Origin: Lysobacterales bacterium
GTDB lineage: Bacteria; Pseudomonadota; Gammaproteobacteria; Xanthomonadales; S139-57
Length of the DNA: 36,019 nt
NCBI GenBank assembly: GCA_026993285.1
Contig: JALWTZ010000424.1
Coordinates: 1 to 36,019 of the forward strand
Reading direction: 5' to 3'
This document shows positions 23,566-33,096 of this stretch, piece by piece (position 1 is the stretch's first letter; every line of letters starts with the position of its first letter). The translations under genes and the position numbers were made by a program. A model generated the notes under the pieces. That model saw nothing but the letters and a program-made list of their open reading frames with translations. It was not told the origin of the DNA and ran no database searches.

Positions 23566-25236
23566 TTACTGGCTCAGCGCTTTTTCGGCAGCTGCCGGTG
23601 GGTGCCAGGGCAGGGCTGCGCGCCGGTCTTCGGCCAGTGTTTCGGCACGGATGGCCGCCTGTTCGAAAAAGGCCTTGAAGGTGGCCACTTCACTCAGGTG
23701 GTCGTCGGCCAACAGGTCCTGGATATGACCGAAGGAGAGGGTCTGGTAGCGCAGGCGGGCGGTTACCCGGTAGGTTTTCGCCTTGCCTACCGGTACCTCG
23801 TAGCGCAGTTCATCCGAGCCACCGACAAAATTGTCGTCATTGGCTGCCGCGCCATGCACGGCCACATCGGCGGGCGCGGTGCGCTTGTCGAAGCCAATGG
23901 GCAGCAGGCGGTTGTCCTTCAGGTAACGGGCGGCGCGCAGCAGGGTGTGGGTCACCGCGCCGTCGGTATTGCCCATGATAGGTTCGTAGACCTGTACCTG
24001 ATCGGCAGCGGTAATGGTGTCGTAGTGGGGTTCATAGGTGCTGTTGTCCTGGTCCAGGTCCACGCCGACGATGCTGCCATCTTCGTTGAGGGCACCGCTG
24101 TGGAACAGCACTTCTCCGTTGTCGTCTTCCACGATGAATTCCACCCACACCCGGCGGGAAGGATAGCCGGAAGGCAGCTTGTGGCCGGTGCGGTTGAGGA
24201 TGAGTACATCGGCGCTAAGGGTGCCGTCACGGATTTCCGCGTTCAGAATGCGCAGCTCGGCGGATTGTTGCAGGAAGGCCCGGTTTTCCTGGATGGCCTG
24301 GGCCAGATTGTCGGCCGTGGGTGCCAGACTATTGTCCAGCAGAATTTGCTGCATCACCGTGTTGGCACCGTAAAAACTGTGGCGGCGGAAGTCGTTGCGG
24401 GTACGGCCCTGCGTGCCGCGGGTGGCGATTTCCACCGCTTCGTTCACCACCGGCATGTGGCAGTCCTGGCAACGCTGGGCCTTGCTGCCACCATCGGCGT
24501 AGGCGCTGTGCGCCCATTCGCTGTAGACCATTTGCTCGGGAAACTCGCTTTCCGGGCTGTCACTGGCCGGCTGGCCATTGGCATCCACGAAGGGTGTTTT
24601 CAGATCATGGCAGGTGGCGCACATTTCCGAGCTGGTGGTATGCGTACCCAGCCTGGGGGTGAAATTGTCGCGCATGCGCATGGCATTGGTGCTGGGGTCG
24701 GCGTACTGGCCATAGCCGGGGCGATCCACCAGATTGCTGTAGGTCTCCACCGTCCATTTACCCGAGACACCTTCCAGTGTGCCCAGGTTGCCATCATCGG
24801 CAATCTGGTGACAGAGGGTACAGCTGACTCCCTCTTTTGCGTGGGCATGGTAGGCATTGGCCGGGTCGAGGAAACCGCCGCTGCCAAGGATTTGCACCGG
24901 GTCACCGTTTTTCTGGGCCGCGTCATTGGCCATGGGGGCGTGACAGCGGCTGCAGGTGTGGTTGATCTCGTCTGACAGCGCCGGGTTACGGTCCAGTTCC
25001 GCGGCTACCTTGGCCTGCCAGTAGGGGTCCACGGTGGCATTGCCCATCATGGAATTGGACCAGGCCTTGGCAATGGAAATGTCCTCGCCGGTGGAGGTAC
25101 TCAGGCCGTCGTGGCAATCCGCGCAAATACCGGAACCAGAAAAATGGGCATCCTCGAAGGTGCTGTAGGCCTTGTTTTGGGCCATCAAGATTTGACACAG
25201 TAGCAATAAAACAAGGGTTGGAAAGGTTTTCGTCAT
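23566..25236 (-). CDS. secreted multiheme c-type cytochrome (five CxxCH motifs) with a large non-heme C-terminal region
   Basis: Signal peptide is MTKTFPTLVLLLLCQILMA. The heme motifs CADCH, CSRCH, CTLCH, CATCH and CQDCH all fall in the first roughly 290 aa. Confidence 0.85.
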   Translation of the reverse strand: MTKTFPTLVLLLLCQILMAQNKAYSTFEDAHFSGSGICADCHDGLSTSTGEDISIAKAWSNSMMGNATVDPYWQAKVAAELDRNPALSDEINHTCSRCHAPMANDAAQKNGDPVQILGSGGFLDPANAYHAHAKEGVSCTLCHQIADDGNLGTLEGVSGKWTVETYSNLVDRPGYGQYADPSTNAMRMRDNFTPRLGTHTTSSEMCATCHDLKTPFVDANGQPASDSPESEFPEQMVYSEWAHSAYADGGSKAQRCQDCHMPVVNEAVEIATRGTQGRTRNDFRRHSFYGANTVMQQILLDNSLAPTADNLAQAIQENRAFLQQSAELRILNAEIRDGTLSADVLILNRTGHKLPSGYPSRRVWVEFIVEDDNGEVLFHSGALNEDGSIVGVDLDQDNSTYEPHYDTITAADQVQVYEPIMGNTDGAVTHTLLRAARYLKDNRLLPIGFDKRTAPADVAVHGAAANDDNFVGGSDELRYEVPVGKAKTYRVTARLRYQTLSFGHIQDLLADDHLSEVATFKAFFEQAAIRAETLAEDRRAALPWHPPAAAEKALSQ

Positions 25237-25345
25237 TGGTGGTCGATGGGAAAAAGCTTATCCTCCGATACTGCATGACCGAATGGAAACTACCAACAAT
25301 GGATAATAATGAATTCTTGTCACACACAATGAGCATGTTGAAGCG

Positions 25346-26065
25346 ATGCACTATGATTTGCCCTTGACAGAAGGGCGTCTGCTGCGCCGCTACAAGCGCT
25401 TTTTTGCCGATGTACGCCTTTCCAATAGCCAGGTGGTGGTTGCCCATTGTCCCAATACCGGTGCCATGACCGGTTGCGCGGAGCCGGGCTTTGCCGCCCG
25501 CATCAGTCCGGCCAACAACCCGAAACGCAAGCTGCAATGGACGCTGGAACAGACCTGCAACCAGGATGGCACATGGATCGGGGTGCATACCGGCCGGGTC
25601 AACGCCCTGGTGCGGGAGGGGCTGCAGGCCGGCCTCTGGCCCGAGTTGCACGACTGGCGGTGGGTGAAAAATGAGCCTCGCCACGGATCGGGCCGTTTCG
25701 ACCTTTTGCTGGGCCAGGAGCAGGAGGCGGGTGCGCAGATGCTGGTGGAAATCAAGAGCGTGACCTTGGCGGAAGGCGGCATTGGCCTGTTTCCCGATAC
25801 CCGCAGTGAACGCGCCGCCCGGCATGTACTGGAACTGGCCCGCCTGCAGCGGCAGGGCGAGGTACAGACGGCGCTTGTGTTTTGCGTGCAGCGTTCGGAT
25901 GTGCGCGAAGTTCGCCCGGCAACCCATCTCGACCCGGACTTTGCCCAGGCCGTCCGGCAGGCACGGCAGGCCGGTGTGCTTCTGCTGGCCGGTGCCTGTG
26001 AACTGGGTGCCGATACGGTGAATATGGTACGATCCCTGCCGGTTTCCATGGATATCCCGACATGA
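25346..26065 (+). CDS. sfsA: sugar fermentation stimulation protein A (SfsA family nuclease-fold protein)
   Basis: The N-terminus G.LLRRYKRFFADV....G....AHCPNTG.M.G is the typical SfsA signature. Confidence 0.9.
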   Translation: MHYDLPLTEGRLLRRYKRFFADVRLSNSQVVVAHCPNTGAMTGCAEPGFAARISPANNPKRKLQWTLEQTCNQDGTWIGVHTGRVNALVREGLQAGLWPELHDWRWVKNEPRHGSGRFDLLLGQEQEAGAQMLVEIKSVTLAEGGIGLFPDTRSERAARHVLELARLQRQGEVQTALVFCVQRSDVREVRPATHLDPDFAQAVRQARQAGVLLLAGACELGADTVNMVRSLPVSMDIPT

Positions 26066-27306
26066 TTCGCCCCCTGCCTCTATGGATTGGCTGGCGCTAT
26101 ACCCGTGCCAAGCGTCACAACCATTTCATCTCTTTTATTTCACTGGTGTCCATGCTGGGCATCATCCTGGGTGTGGCCGCGCTGATCGTGGTCATTTCGG
26201 TAATGAACGGCTTCGAGTCGGAACTGAAGCAGCGCATGCTGGCGATGATCTCCCATGTCACCGTGGAATCTTCCGAAGGCAGTCTGAAAGACTGGCTGTT
26301 GTTGGAAGAACAGGTTGCCCGTCATCCGGAAGTACGGGGTGTGGCGCCCTATATCGAGCAACAGACCCTGCTGCGTGGCCAGCAGGTCAAGGGTGTTGTG
26401 GTTCGGGGTGTGCTGCCGGAGCAGGAAGGCGAGGTGGATAAGTTGCCCAGCAAGATGGTGCAGGGCAGCCTAGATGCGCTGCGGCCTGGTGAATACGGCA
26501 TCGTGCTGGGGGTGGAGCTGGCCTGGTCCCTGGCGGTTTCCGTGGGTGACAGCGTTACCCTGTTCGCCCCGCAACTGCGCCAGGGCCCGGCGGGGGTGCT
26601 GCCACAGGTGCGCCGTTTCACCGTGGTGGGCCTGTTCGAAGTGGGCATGAACGAATATGACGGCCATCTGGCGGTGATACATTTGCGGGATGCCCAGCGC
26701 CTGTTCCGCATGCCGGATCAGGTCAGCGGCCTGCGGCTGAAGCTGGCGGATATGGACCGTGCCTGGCTGGTGGCACGCCAGCTGGCGGAAGGCTTGCCCT
26801 GGTACATTCGTGTCAATGACTGGATCAGCAGCCATTCCAACTGGTTCCGTGCGGTACAAACCGAAAAGGTCACCATGTTTATCATTCTTTCACTGATCGT
26901 GGCCGTGGCGGCTTTCAATATCATCTCCACCCTGGTGATGGCGGTCACCGACAAGCAGGCCGAGATTGCCATCCTACGTACTCAGGGCATGACCCCGGGG
27001 CAAATCATGGGCATTTTCATAGTGCAGGGTAGTATCATCGGCCTCGTAGGCACGCTGGTGGGCCTGGTGCTGGGGGTGGCACTGGCACTAAATGTGGAGC
27101 AGGTGGTACATCTGTTGGAGCAGTGGTTACACACGGACCTGATGCCCGATGATCTCTACTACATCACCGACTTGCGTGGTGAAGTGCGTTTGTACGAAGT
27201 GCTGACTATTACGGGCTTGTCTTTTGCCGCTACCCTGCTTTCCACGCTCTATCCTTCCTGGCGCGCGGCCCGTACCCGCCCGGTGGAGGCGCTACGCTAT
27301 GAGTGA
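26062..27306 (+). CDS. lolC: lipoprotein-releasing ABC transporter permease (LolC/LolE family)
   Basis: The N-terminus is [21 protein letters not shown]. It has MacB-like periplasmic domain and FtsX-like TM topology and lies directly upstream of lolD. I cannot tell whether it is C-, E- or a hybrid type. Confidence 0.85.
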   Translation: MIRPLPLWIGWRYTRAKRHNHFISFISLVSMLGIILGVAALIVVISVMNGFESELKQRMLAMISHVTVESSEGSLKDWLLLEEQVARHPEVRGVAPYIEQQTLLRGQQVKGVVVRGVLPEQEGEVDKLPSKMVQGSLDALRPGEYGIVLGVELAWSLAVSVGDSVTLFAPQLRQGPAGVLPQVRRFTVVGLFEVGMNEYDGHLAVIHLRDAQRLFRMPDQVSGLRLKLADMDRAWLVARQLAEGLPWYIRVNDWISSHSNWFRAVQTEKVTMFIILSLIVAVAAFNIISTLVMAVTDKQAEIAILRTQGMTPGQIMGIFIVQGSIIGLVGTLVGLVLGVALALNVEQVVHLLEQWLHTDLMPDDLYYITDLRGEVRLYEVLTITGLSFAATLLSTLYPSWRAARTRPVEALRYE

Positions 27307-27979
27307 AACGGTGTTGCAGGCCCAGGGGCTGGTGCGCTGTTTCCGGGATGCCGACCGGGCGGTGCAGGTGCTCGATGGCGTGGACCTGTCAGTACACCGG
27401 GGTGAGAGCTTGGCCATTACCGGGGTTTCCGGTTCTGGCAAGAGCACCCTGCTGCATTTGCTGGGCGGGCTGGACCGCCCGGACCAGGGCCGGGTGCTGC
27501 TGGAGGGCCAGCCGCTGAACGAGTTGCCGGAGAAGGCCTTGAGCGCCTTGCGTAACCGTTCGCTGGGTTTTGTCTACCAGTTCCATCACCTGTTGCCGGA
27601 GTTTTCCGTACTGGAGAACATTGCCATGCCCTTGCTGATTGGCCGGGTGGCGGTTGCCGAAGCACGGCGGGAGGCGCGGGCACTGGCCGAACGGGTGGGC
27701 CTGGGCCACCGGCTGGATCACCGCCCGCACGCCCTTTCCGGAGGAGAGCGGCAACGGGTGGCCATTGCCCGGGCCATGGTTCGCCGGCCGGCCTGCATTC
27801 TGGCGGATGAGCCCACCGGCAATCTAGACCGGGAAACGGCCGCCGGGGTGATGGCGCAGTTGCTGGCCCTGAAGCAGGACTACGGCACGGCGCTGGTGGT
27901 GGTGACGCACGACCCGGCGCTGGCCCAGGCCATGGAAAGCCGCTATCACATCGAAAACCGCAGGCTGGTACCGGCCTGA
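27299..27979 (+). CDS. lolD: lipoprotein-releasing system ATP-binding protein
   Basis: The start is moved to ATG 27299, an 8-nt overlap with the permease gene. Walker A is GVSGSGKST, the ABC signature is LSGGERQR, and Walker B is ILADEPTG. Confidence 0.9.
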   Translation: MSETVLQAQGLVRCFRDADRAVQVLDGVDLSVHRGESLAITGVSGSGKSTLLHLLGGLDRPDQGRVLLEGQPLNELPEKALSALRNRSLGFVYQFHHLLPEFSVLENIAMPLLIGRVAVAEARREARALAERVGLGHRLDHRPHALSGGERQRVAIARAMVRRPACILADEPTGNLDRETAAGVMAQLLALKQDYGTALVVVTHDPALAQAMESRYHIENRRLVPA

Positions 27980-28000
27980 GCCCCGGTTCAGCCGGCTGGT

Positions 28001-28879
28001 TCAGTCTTCCAGCCAGCGTTGCTCCAGGCCGGTGTAGGCATCCACCCGCCGGTCGCGGAAATAGGGCCAGATCTGGCGCACGTTTTCGCTGTGCTGCAAA
28101 TCCACTTCCACCAGCAAGGTTTCGGCGGCTTCGCCCTGCCGGGCCAGCCATTCGCCCTGAGGGCCGCAGGCAAAGCTGTGACCCCAGAAGCGGATGCCCG
28201 CTGACTGGCCGCCGGGGTCGGGTTCATGCCCCACCCGGTTGATGCTCAGCACCGGCAGGCCGTTGGCCACGGCGTGGGCGCGCTGGATGGTCTGCCAGGC
28301 TTCCAGCTGGCGGGCCTGTTCTTCCTCGGAGTCCCGTGGGTCCCAGCCAATGGCCGTGGGGTAGATCAGCACTTCCGCCCCACGCAGGGCCATCAGGCGG
28401 GCGGCTTCCGGGTACCATTGGTCCCAGCAGACCAGCACGCCCAGGCGGCCCACGCGGGTGTCGATGGGGCAAAAGCCCAGGTCACCGGGGGCAAAGTAGA
28501 ATTTTTCGTAAAAGCCGGGGTCGTCGGGAATATGCATCTTGCGGTAGCGCCCGGCCAGCGAGCCATCGGCATCCAGCACCACGGCGGTATTGTGGTACAG
28601 GCCGGCGGCCCGGCGCTCGAACAGGGAGGCGACGATCACCACTTCCAGCGCTCCGGCCAGCTTGCCCAGCCATGCCGTACTGGGGCCGGGTATGGGCTCG
28701 GCCCAGTCGAAACAGGTAGTGTCTTCCACCTGGCAGAAATAGGGTGTGTTGTGCAGCTCCTGCAGGCAGATGAGCCGGGCGCCCTGGCTGGCGGCTGCCC
28801 GGATTTCCTCTTCGATCAGCGCCCGATTGGCTTGCAGGTCGGTGGCACAGGCATGGGAGATGAGCGCGGCTTGCAGCAT
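28001..28879 (-). CDS. aguB: N-carbamoylputrescine amidase (carbon-nitrogen hydrolase family)
   Basis: The catalytic-triad context (E in CLQELH, K in YRKMHIP, C in VLVCWDQWYPE) is typical of the family. It lies adjacent to aguA. Confidence 0.85.
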   Translation of the reverse strand: MLQAALISHACATDLQANRALIEEEIRAAASQGARLICLQELHNTPYFCQVEDTTCFDWAEPIPGPSTAWLGKLAGALEVVIVASLFERRAAGLYHNTAVVLDADGSLAGRYRKMHIPDDPGFYEKFYFAPGDLGFCPIDTRVGRLGVLVCWDQWYPEAARLMALRGAEVLIYPTAIGWDPRDSEEEQARQLEAWQTIQRAHAVANGLPVLSINRVGHEPDPGGQSAGIRFWGHSFACGPQGEWLARQGEAAETLLVEVDLQHSENVRQIWPYFRDRRVDAYTGLEQRWLED

Positions 28880-28926
28880 GGCGGTTTCCGGTCGGCTTGG
28901 GCGGCTGACAGTATAGCGGCTGGCTG

Positions 28927-29934
28927 TCAGGCAGGGGAGAGGCGCTCGAAACGCAGGTCCACCCCGGCCGGAATCTGCATGCTGGCACAGTGCAGGCTGC
29001 CGTATTGCCAGATCAGTTGCCGGGCCGGTTGTGGCAGTACCTGCCGTTGGGGAAAGGCGCGGGCGATCACCGCCAGCGCGGCATCATCGGCCGGGACGCC
29101 ATAGGCGGGTACCAGCACGGCATCATTGACGATGAGGAAATTGGCATAGCTGGCGGGCAGTGGCTGGCCATCATCCACGATTTCCGGCAGGGGTGGCAGG
29201 CGGTGCAGGGGGCCAGGCCAGGCTTGCAGTTGTGCCTCCAGTTTGCGGCTATCGTTCTCGCTGGCCGGGGGTTGCCAGACGATGCCGCCATCCTCGCTGA
29301 AGCGGGCCAGGGTGTCGATGTGGCCGTCGGTGTCATCACCGGGCAGGGGCGGGCAATCCAGCCAGAACAGCTGTTCCAGCCCCAGCGCCTGCTTCAGCAT
29401 GGATTCCGGGCTATCCGCTGTCTGGTCGCGGCAGGAAAAACTGTGGCGGGAGGCCATCAGCCACCGGCCATTGCTTTCCAGATTGCCCCCTTCGCCGGTC
29501 AGTTCGCTGAAGTGAAAGGGGGTGTCGCCAAAGAGGCCGCTGGCCTGCAGCTGCCGGCAGAGCGCATTGTTGGCCTCGGCGGGGTATTTGCCGCCCCAGC
29601 CGTCAAAGCGCAGGCTGAGCAGACGGAAATGCTGCCCGTCGGAAAGGCTCAGCGGGCCGAAATCACGAATCCAGGTGTCGGTGAAGGGCAGTTCCAGGGT
29701 GTAGACCCCGTGGTTGCTGGCTGGCTGGCCATCCAGTGCCTGCCGCAGGCTGGATAGACCATCGGGGCCATCGACCAGGACGATGACCGGCTGATAACGG
29801 GCAATAGCCTGGATGAAGCCGATGTATTCCGCGCGTATGGCCTGCAGCCTGGGGGCCCAGTCGGTACCCCCATGGGGCCAGCAGAGCAGCGTGGCCGCCT
29901 GGGGCGTCCATTCCGGCAGCAGTTTCAGCCCCAC
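28927..29934 (-). CDS. aguA: agmatine deiminase
   Basis: N-terminal LPEWTPQAATLLCWPH and the C-terminal catalytic Cys motif GSLHCASMQIP fit the PAD_porph family. GTG start at 29934. Confidence 0.85.
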   Translation of the reverse strand: MGLKLLPEWTPQAATLLCWPHGGTDWAPRLQAIRAEYIGFIQAIARYQPVIVLVDGPDGLSSLRQALDGQPASNHGVYTLELPFTDTWIRDFGPLSLSDGQHFRLLSLRFDGWGGKYPAEANNALCRQLQASGLFGDTPFHFSELTGEGGNLESNGRWLMASRHSFSCRDQTADSPESMLKQALGLEQLFWLDCPPLPGDDTDGHIDTLARFSEDGGIVWQPPASENDSRKLEAQLQAWPGPLHRLPPLPEIVDDGQPLPASYANFLIVNDAVLVPAYGVPADDAALAVIARAFPQRQVLPQPARQLIWQYGSLHCASMQIPAGVDLRFERLSPA

Positions 29935-29939
29935 GGCTG

Positions 29940-30257
29940 TCAGGGGGCGGGTTCGGGTTCTGCGGTGAGAATTTCAGCCGCCTGTTGCTTCACCACGCTG
30001 TGAATGACCTTGTCGCCTTCAAAATAGACGGTAAAGACTTCGTATTCCCAGCGGGTGATGGGTGGCTCGCCCACCGGCTCTTCCATCTTTTCCGGTTCGC
30101 CCCACTGGGCACGGACTTCATCCATGCTCTGACCCAGTTGCGGGCGGGTGATTTCCGCTGTTTTTTCCACATGTTCGATCAGCAGTTCATCCGCCAGGGC
30201 GGGAGCGGACCCGAGCACGCCAGCCAGCAGAAGGGTCGAGAGAAAGTTTCTGTTCAT
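29940..30257 (-). CDS. small secreted protein of unknown function
   Basis: Signal peptide is MNRNFLSTLLLAGVLGSAPALA. The mature part of about 83 aa carries GEPEKMEEPVGEPPITRWEYEVFTVYFEGDKVIHSV. Its stop lies 5 nt before the aguA start. Confidence 0.6.
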   Translation of the reverse strand: MNRNFLSTLLLAGVLGSAPALADELLIEHVEKTAEITRPQLGQSMDEVRAQWGEPEKMEEPVGEPPITRWEYEVFTVYFEGDKVIHSVVKQQAAEILTAEPEPAP

Positions 30258-30401
30258 GTTGTTGGCTCCTTACTTCCTGTTCCTGCGCACGGGAACCTGC
30301 GAGTTGGAAAACTGCCTAACCGGTCAACAAGTTGCAAAAGGCAGCAAGCTATACTGAAGCCCATACCCACAAGGGTTTCCGTGCAATCAAACCACAGGCA
30401 G

Positions 30402-30407
30402 TATAAT
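30402..30407 (+). promoter_or_regulatory. perfect TATAAT hexamer, possible -10 of clpS promoter
   Basis: TATAAT lies 36 nt upstream of clpS ATG 30443. No good -35 is found at 16-18 nt spacing. Confidence 0.25.
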
Positions 30408-30442
30408 AGCTCAGAAACCTTGTAATCAGTGAACCAAGACCC

Positions 30443-30766
30443 ATGTCTGAACAGAACAGACCTGAAAATCCGGATACCGGCGTTGCCGTACAGGAGAGCC
30501 GGCCCGAGCTGAAACAGCCCCCCATGTACAAGGTGGTGCTGCTCAATGATGACTACACGCCCATGGATTTCGTGGTGGAGGTGCTGATGCGCTTTTTTGG
30601 CCTCAATCATGACAAGGCCACCCAGATCATGCTGCATGTGCATACCCGGGGCAAGGGCATCTGTGGCGTGTACACCCGCGAGATTGCGGAAACCAAGGTC
30701 AAGCAGGTCAACGATTATTCACGCAGCCATGAACACCCCCTGTTGTGTTCCATGGAGGAGGTCTGA
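30443..30766 (+). CDS. clpS: ATP-dependent Clp protease adaptor ClpS
   Basis: The core is [27 protein letters not shown]......A..IML.VH..G..ICG. Confidence 0.95.
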   Translation: MSEQNRPENPDTGVAVQESRPELKQPPMYKVVLLNDDYTPMDFVVEVLMRFFGLNHDKATQIMLHVHTRGKGICGVYTREIAETKVKQVNDYSRSHEHPLLCSMEEV

Positions 30767-30769
30767 ACC

Positions 30770-33025
30770 ATGTTCAGCAAGGATCTGGAAAAAACCATCA
30801 GCGGCATGTACCAGCGGGCCCGCCGCAACCGGCACGAATACCTGACGGTGGAACACCTGTTACTGGCCTTGCTGGACAACGAATCCGCCCAGGAAGTACT
30901 GATTGCCTGCAAGGCGGATCTGGAGAAACTGCGCAAGGATCTGGAAGAAATCATCGACCAGACCGTGCCGGTGTTGCCAGTGGGCGACACCCGTGATGTG
31001 CAGCCCACGCTGGGTTTTCAGCGAGTGCTGCAGCGGGCGGTGTTTCATGTGCAGTCCGCCGGCAAGGAGGAAGTGCTGGGTGAGAACCTGGTGGTGGCCA
31101 TTTTTGGCGAGAAGGATTCCCACGCGGTCTATCTGTTGCATGAGCAGGGCATCAACCGGCTGGATGTGGTCAACTATATCGCTCACGGTCGGGATACCCA
31201 GGAAACACCGGAGTTGCCGCCCGGCCAGGATGAGGATGGCAAGGAGGACAAGTCGGCCCTGGCCCGCTTTACCATCAACCTCAATACACAGGCTGAACAG
31301 GGCAAGATCGACCCGCTGATTGGCCGTCAGCGGGAAATCGAGCGCACCATTCAGGTACTCTGCCGCCGGCGCAAGAACAACCCGCTGTTCGTGGGCGAGG
31401 CTGGCGTGGGCAAGACCGCCCTGGCCGAGGGCCTGGCCCGCCGCATCGTGGAAGAGGATGTGCCGGAAGTGCTGCGTGACGCGGTGATCTACAGCCTGGA
31501 CATGGGCGCGCTGCTGGCGGGTACCAAGTACCGGGGGGATTTCGAAAACCGCCTCAAGGCCGTGGTACGCGAACTGGAACAGCAGGAACACGCCATCCTG
31601 TTTATCGACGAAATTCATACCATTATCGGTGCCGGCGCCACCACCGGCGGGGTGATGGACGCGGCCAACCTGATCAAGCCGGTGCTGGCCAATGGCGAGC
31701 TGCGTTGCATGGGTTCCACCACCTTCCAGGAATTCCGTGGCGTGTTTGAGAAAGACCGCGCCCTGGCACGCCGTTTCCAGAAAATCGATGTGATGGAGCC
31801 ATCCGCCGCCGAAACGCTGGAGATCCTCAAGGGCTTGCGCAACCGCTACGAGGAGCATCATCAGGTGCGTTACGGCGACGATGCCCTGGAAGCCGCGGTC
31901 AATCTCTCCGAGCGCTATCTCAGTGACCGGCACCTGCCGGACAAGGCCATCGACGTGTTGGATGAGGCCGGCGCCCGTCTGCGCCTGCTGCCGGAAGAAC
32001 AGCGGCGCGAGCGGGTGGAAGTGGAGGATGTGGAAGCGGTGGTGGCCACCATGGCCCGCATTCCGCCCCGCCAGGTCAGCCGCGATGACAAGGAACAGCT
32101 GCGCAACCTGGACCGCAACCTGAAAATGGTGGTCTACGGCCAGGACGAGGCCATCGAAACCCTGGCCACTGCCATCAAGCTGTCCCGCTCCGGCCTGGCG
32201 CATCCGGACAAGCCCATCGGTTCCTTCCTGTTCGCCGGGCCTACCGGTGTGGGCAAGACGGAAGTCACCCGCCAGCTGGCCAAGCAACTGGGCATCGAGC
32301 TGATTCGCTTTGACATGTCCGAATACATGGAACGCCATACGGTCTCGCGCCTGGTGGGTGCGCCGCCGGGCTATGTAGGCTTCGACCAGGGTGGGTTGTT
32401 GACCGAGGCGGTCACCGCCAACCCCCATGCGGTGGTGCTGCTGGACGAAATCGAGAAGGCCCACCCGGATGTGTTCAACCTGCTGTTGCAGGTGATGGAC
32501 CGGGGCAAGCTCACCGACACCAATGGCCGCGAGGCGGATTTCCGCAATGTGATACTGGTGATGACCACCAACGCCGGCGCGGCGGATCTGAGCCGGCGCA
32601 GCATCGGTTTTTCCGAGCAGGACCGCAGTACCGACGCCATGGAAGCGATCCGCCGGACCTTCACCCCGGAATTCCGCAACCGACTGGATGGCATCATCCA
32701 GTTCAGCGCGCTGGACATGGAGGTGATTCTCAAGGTGGTGGACAAGTTCCTGCTGGAACTGGAAGCCCAGCTGGAAGAAAAGCAGGTCAGCCTCTCGGTG
32801 GATGAGCCGGCCCGCCGCTGGCTGGCCGAGCACGGCTTCGACGAGCAGATGGGCGCCCGCCCCATGCAGCGGGTGATTCAGGAAGAAATCAAGCGCCCGC
32901 TGGCCGACGAACTGCTGTTCGGCAAACTCAGCCAGGGTGGTGAAGTGGAAGTCAGCCTGAAGGATGGCAAGCTCCACCTGCAGTGCAAGCCCGCCCAGCT
33001 GCTGTTGCCGGCGGAGGTGGATTGA
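30770..33025 (+). CDS. clpA: ATP-dependent Clp protease ATP-binding subunit ClpA
   Basis: It has two AAA+ modules (GEAGVGKT and GPTGVGKT Walker A motifs) and the Clp N-domain. It lies directly after clpS. Confidence 0.97.
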   Translation: MFSKDLEKTISGMYQRARRNRHEYLTVEHLLLALLDNESAQEVLIACKADLEKLRKDLEEIIDQTVPVLPVGDTRDVQPTLGFQRVLQRAVFHVQSAGKEEVLGENLVVAIFGEKDSHAVYLLHEQGINRLDVVNYIAHGRDTQETPELPPGQDEDGKEDKSALARFTINLNTQAEQGKIDPLIGRQREIERTIQVLCRRRKNNPLFVGEAGVGKTALAEGLARRIVEEDVPEVLRDAVIYSLDMGALLAGTKYRGDFENRLKAVVRELEQQEHAILFIDEIHTIIGAGATTGGVMDAANLIKPVLANGELRCMGSTTFQEFRGVFEKDRALARRFQKIDVMEPSAAETLEILKGLRNRYEEHHQVRYGDDALEAAVNLSERYLSDRHLPDKAIDVLDEAGARLRLLPEEQRRERVEVEDVEAVVATMARIPPRQVSRDDKEQLRNLDRNLKMVVYGQDEAIETLATAIKLSRSGLAHPDKPIGSFLFAGPTGVGKTEVTRQLAKQLGIELIRFDMSEYMERHTVSRLVGAPPGYVGFDQGGLLTEAVTANPHAVVLLDEIEKAHPDVFNLLLQVMDRGKLTDTNGREADFRNVILVMTTNAGAADLSRRSIGFSEQDRSTDAMEAIRRTFTPEFRNRLDGIIQFSALDMEVILKVVDKFLLELEAQLEEKQVSLSVDEPARRWLAEHGFDEQMGARPMQRVIQEEIKRPLADELLFGKLSQGGEVEVSLKDGKLHLQCKPAQLLLPAEVD

Positions 33026-33067
33026 AGCGGAACGGCCGCTGAAGCCCGGCTGTCTTCAGGTAAAGCC

Positions 33068-33088
33068 GGCGGGCGTTCCATGCCCGCC
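33068..33088. terminator. GC-rich stem-loop between convergent clpA and the DUF3604-like gene
   Basis: GGCGGGC (33068-33074) pairs with GCCCGCC (33082-33088), a 7-bp stem with a 7-nt loop. No U-tract. Confidence 0.35.
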
Positions 33089-33096
33089 CCTGAGGC

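Noticed and set aside
21917-24975. Plus-strand ORFs 21917..23248 (443 aa) and 23563..24975 (470 aa)
   Set aside because: They are antisense to mnmA/nudJ and to the multiheme cytochrome respectively, with no motifs and a shadow-ORF composition.
30860-32977. 705-aa minus-strand ORF
   Set aside because: It is antisense to clpA, has a low-complexity composition, and shows no start or RBS context.
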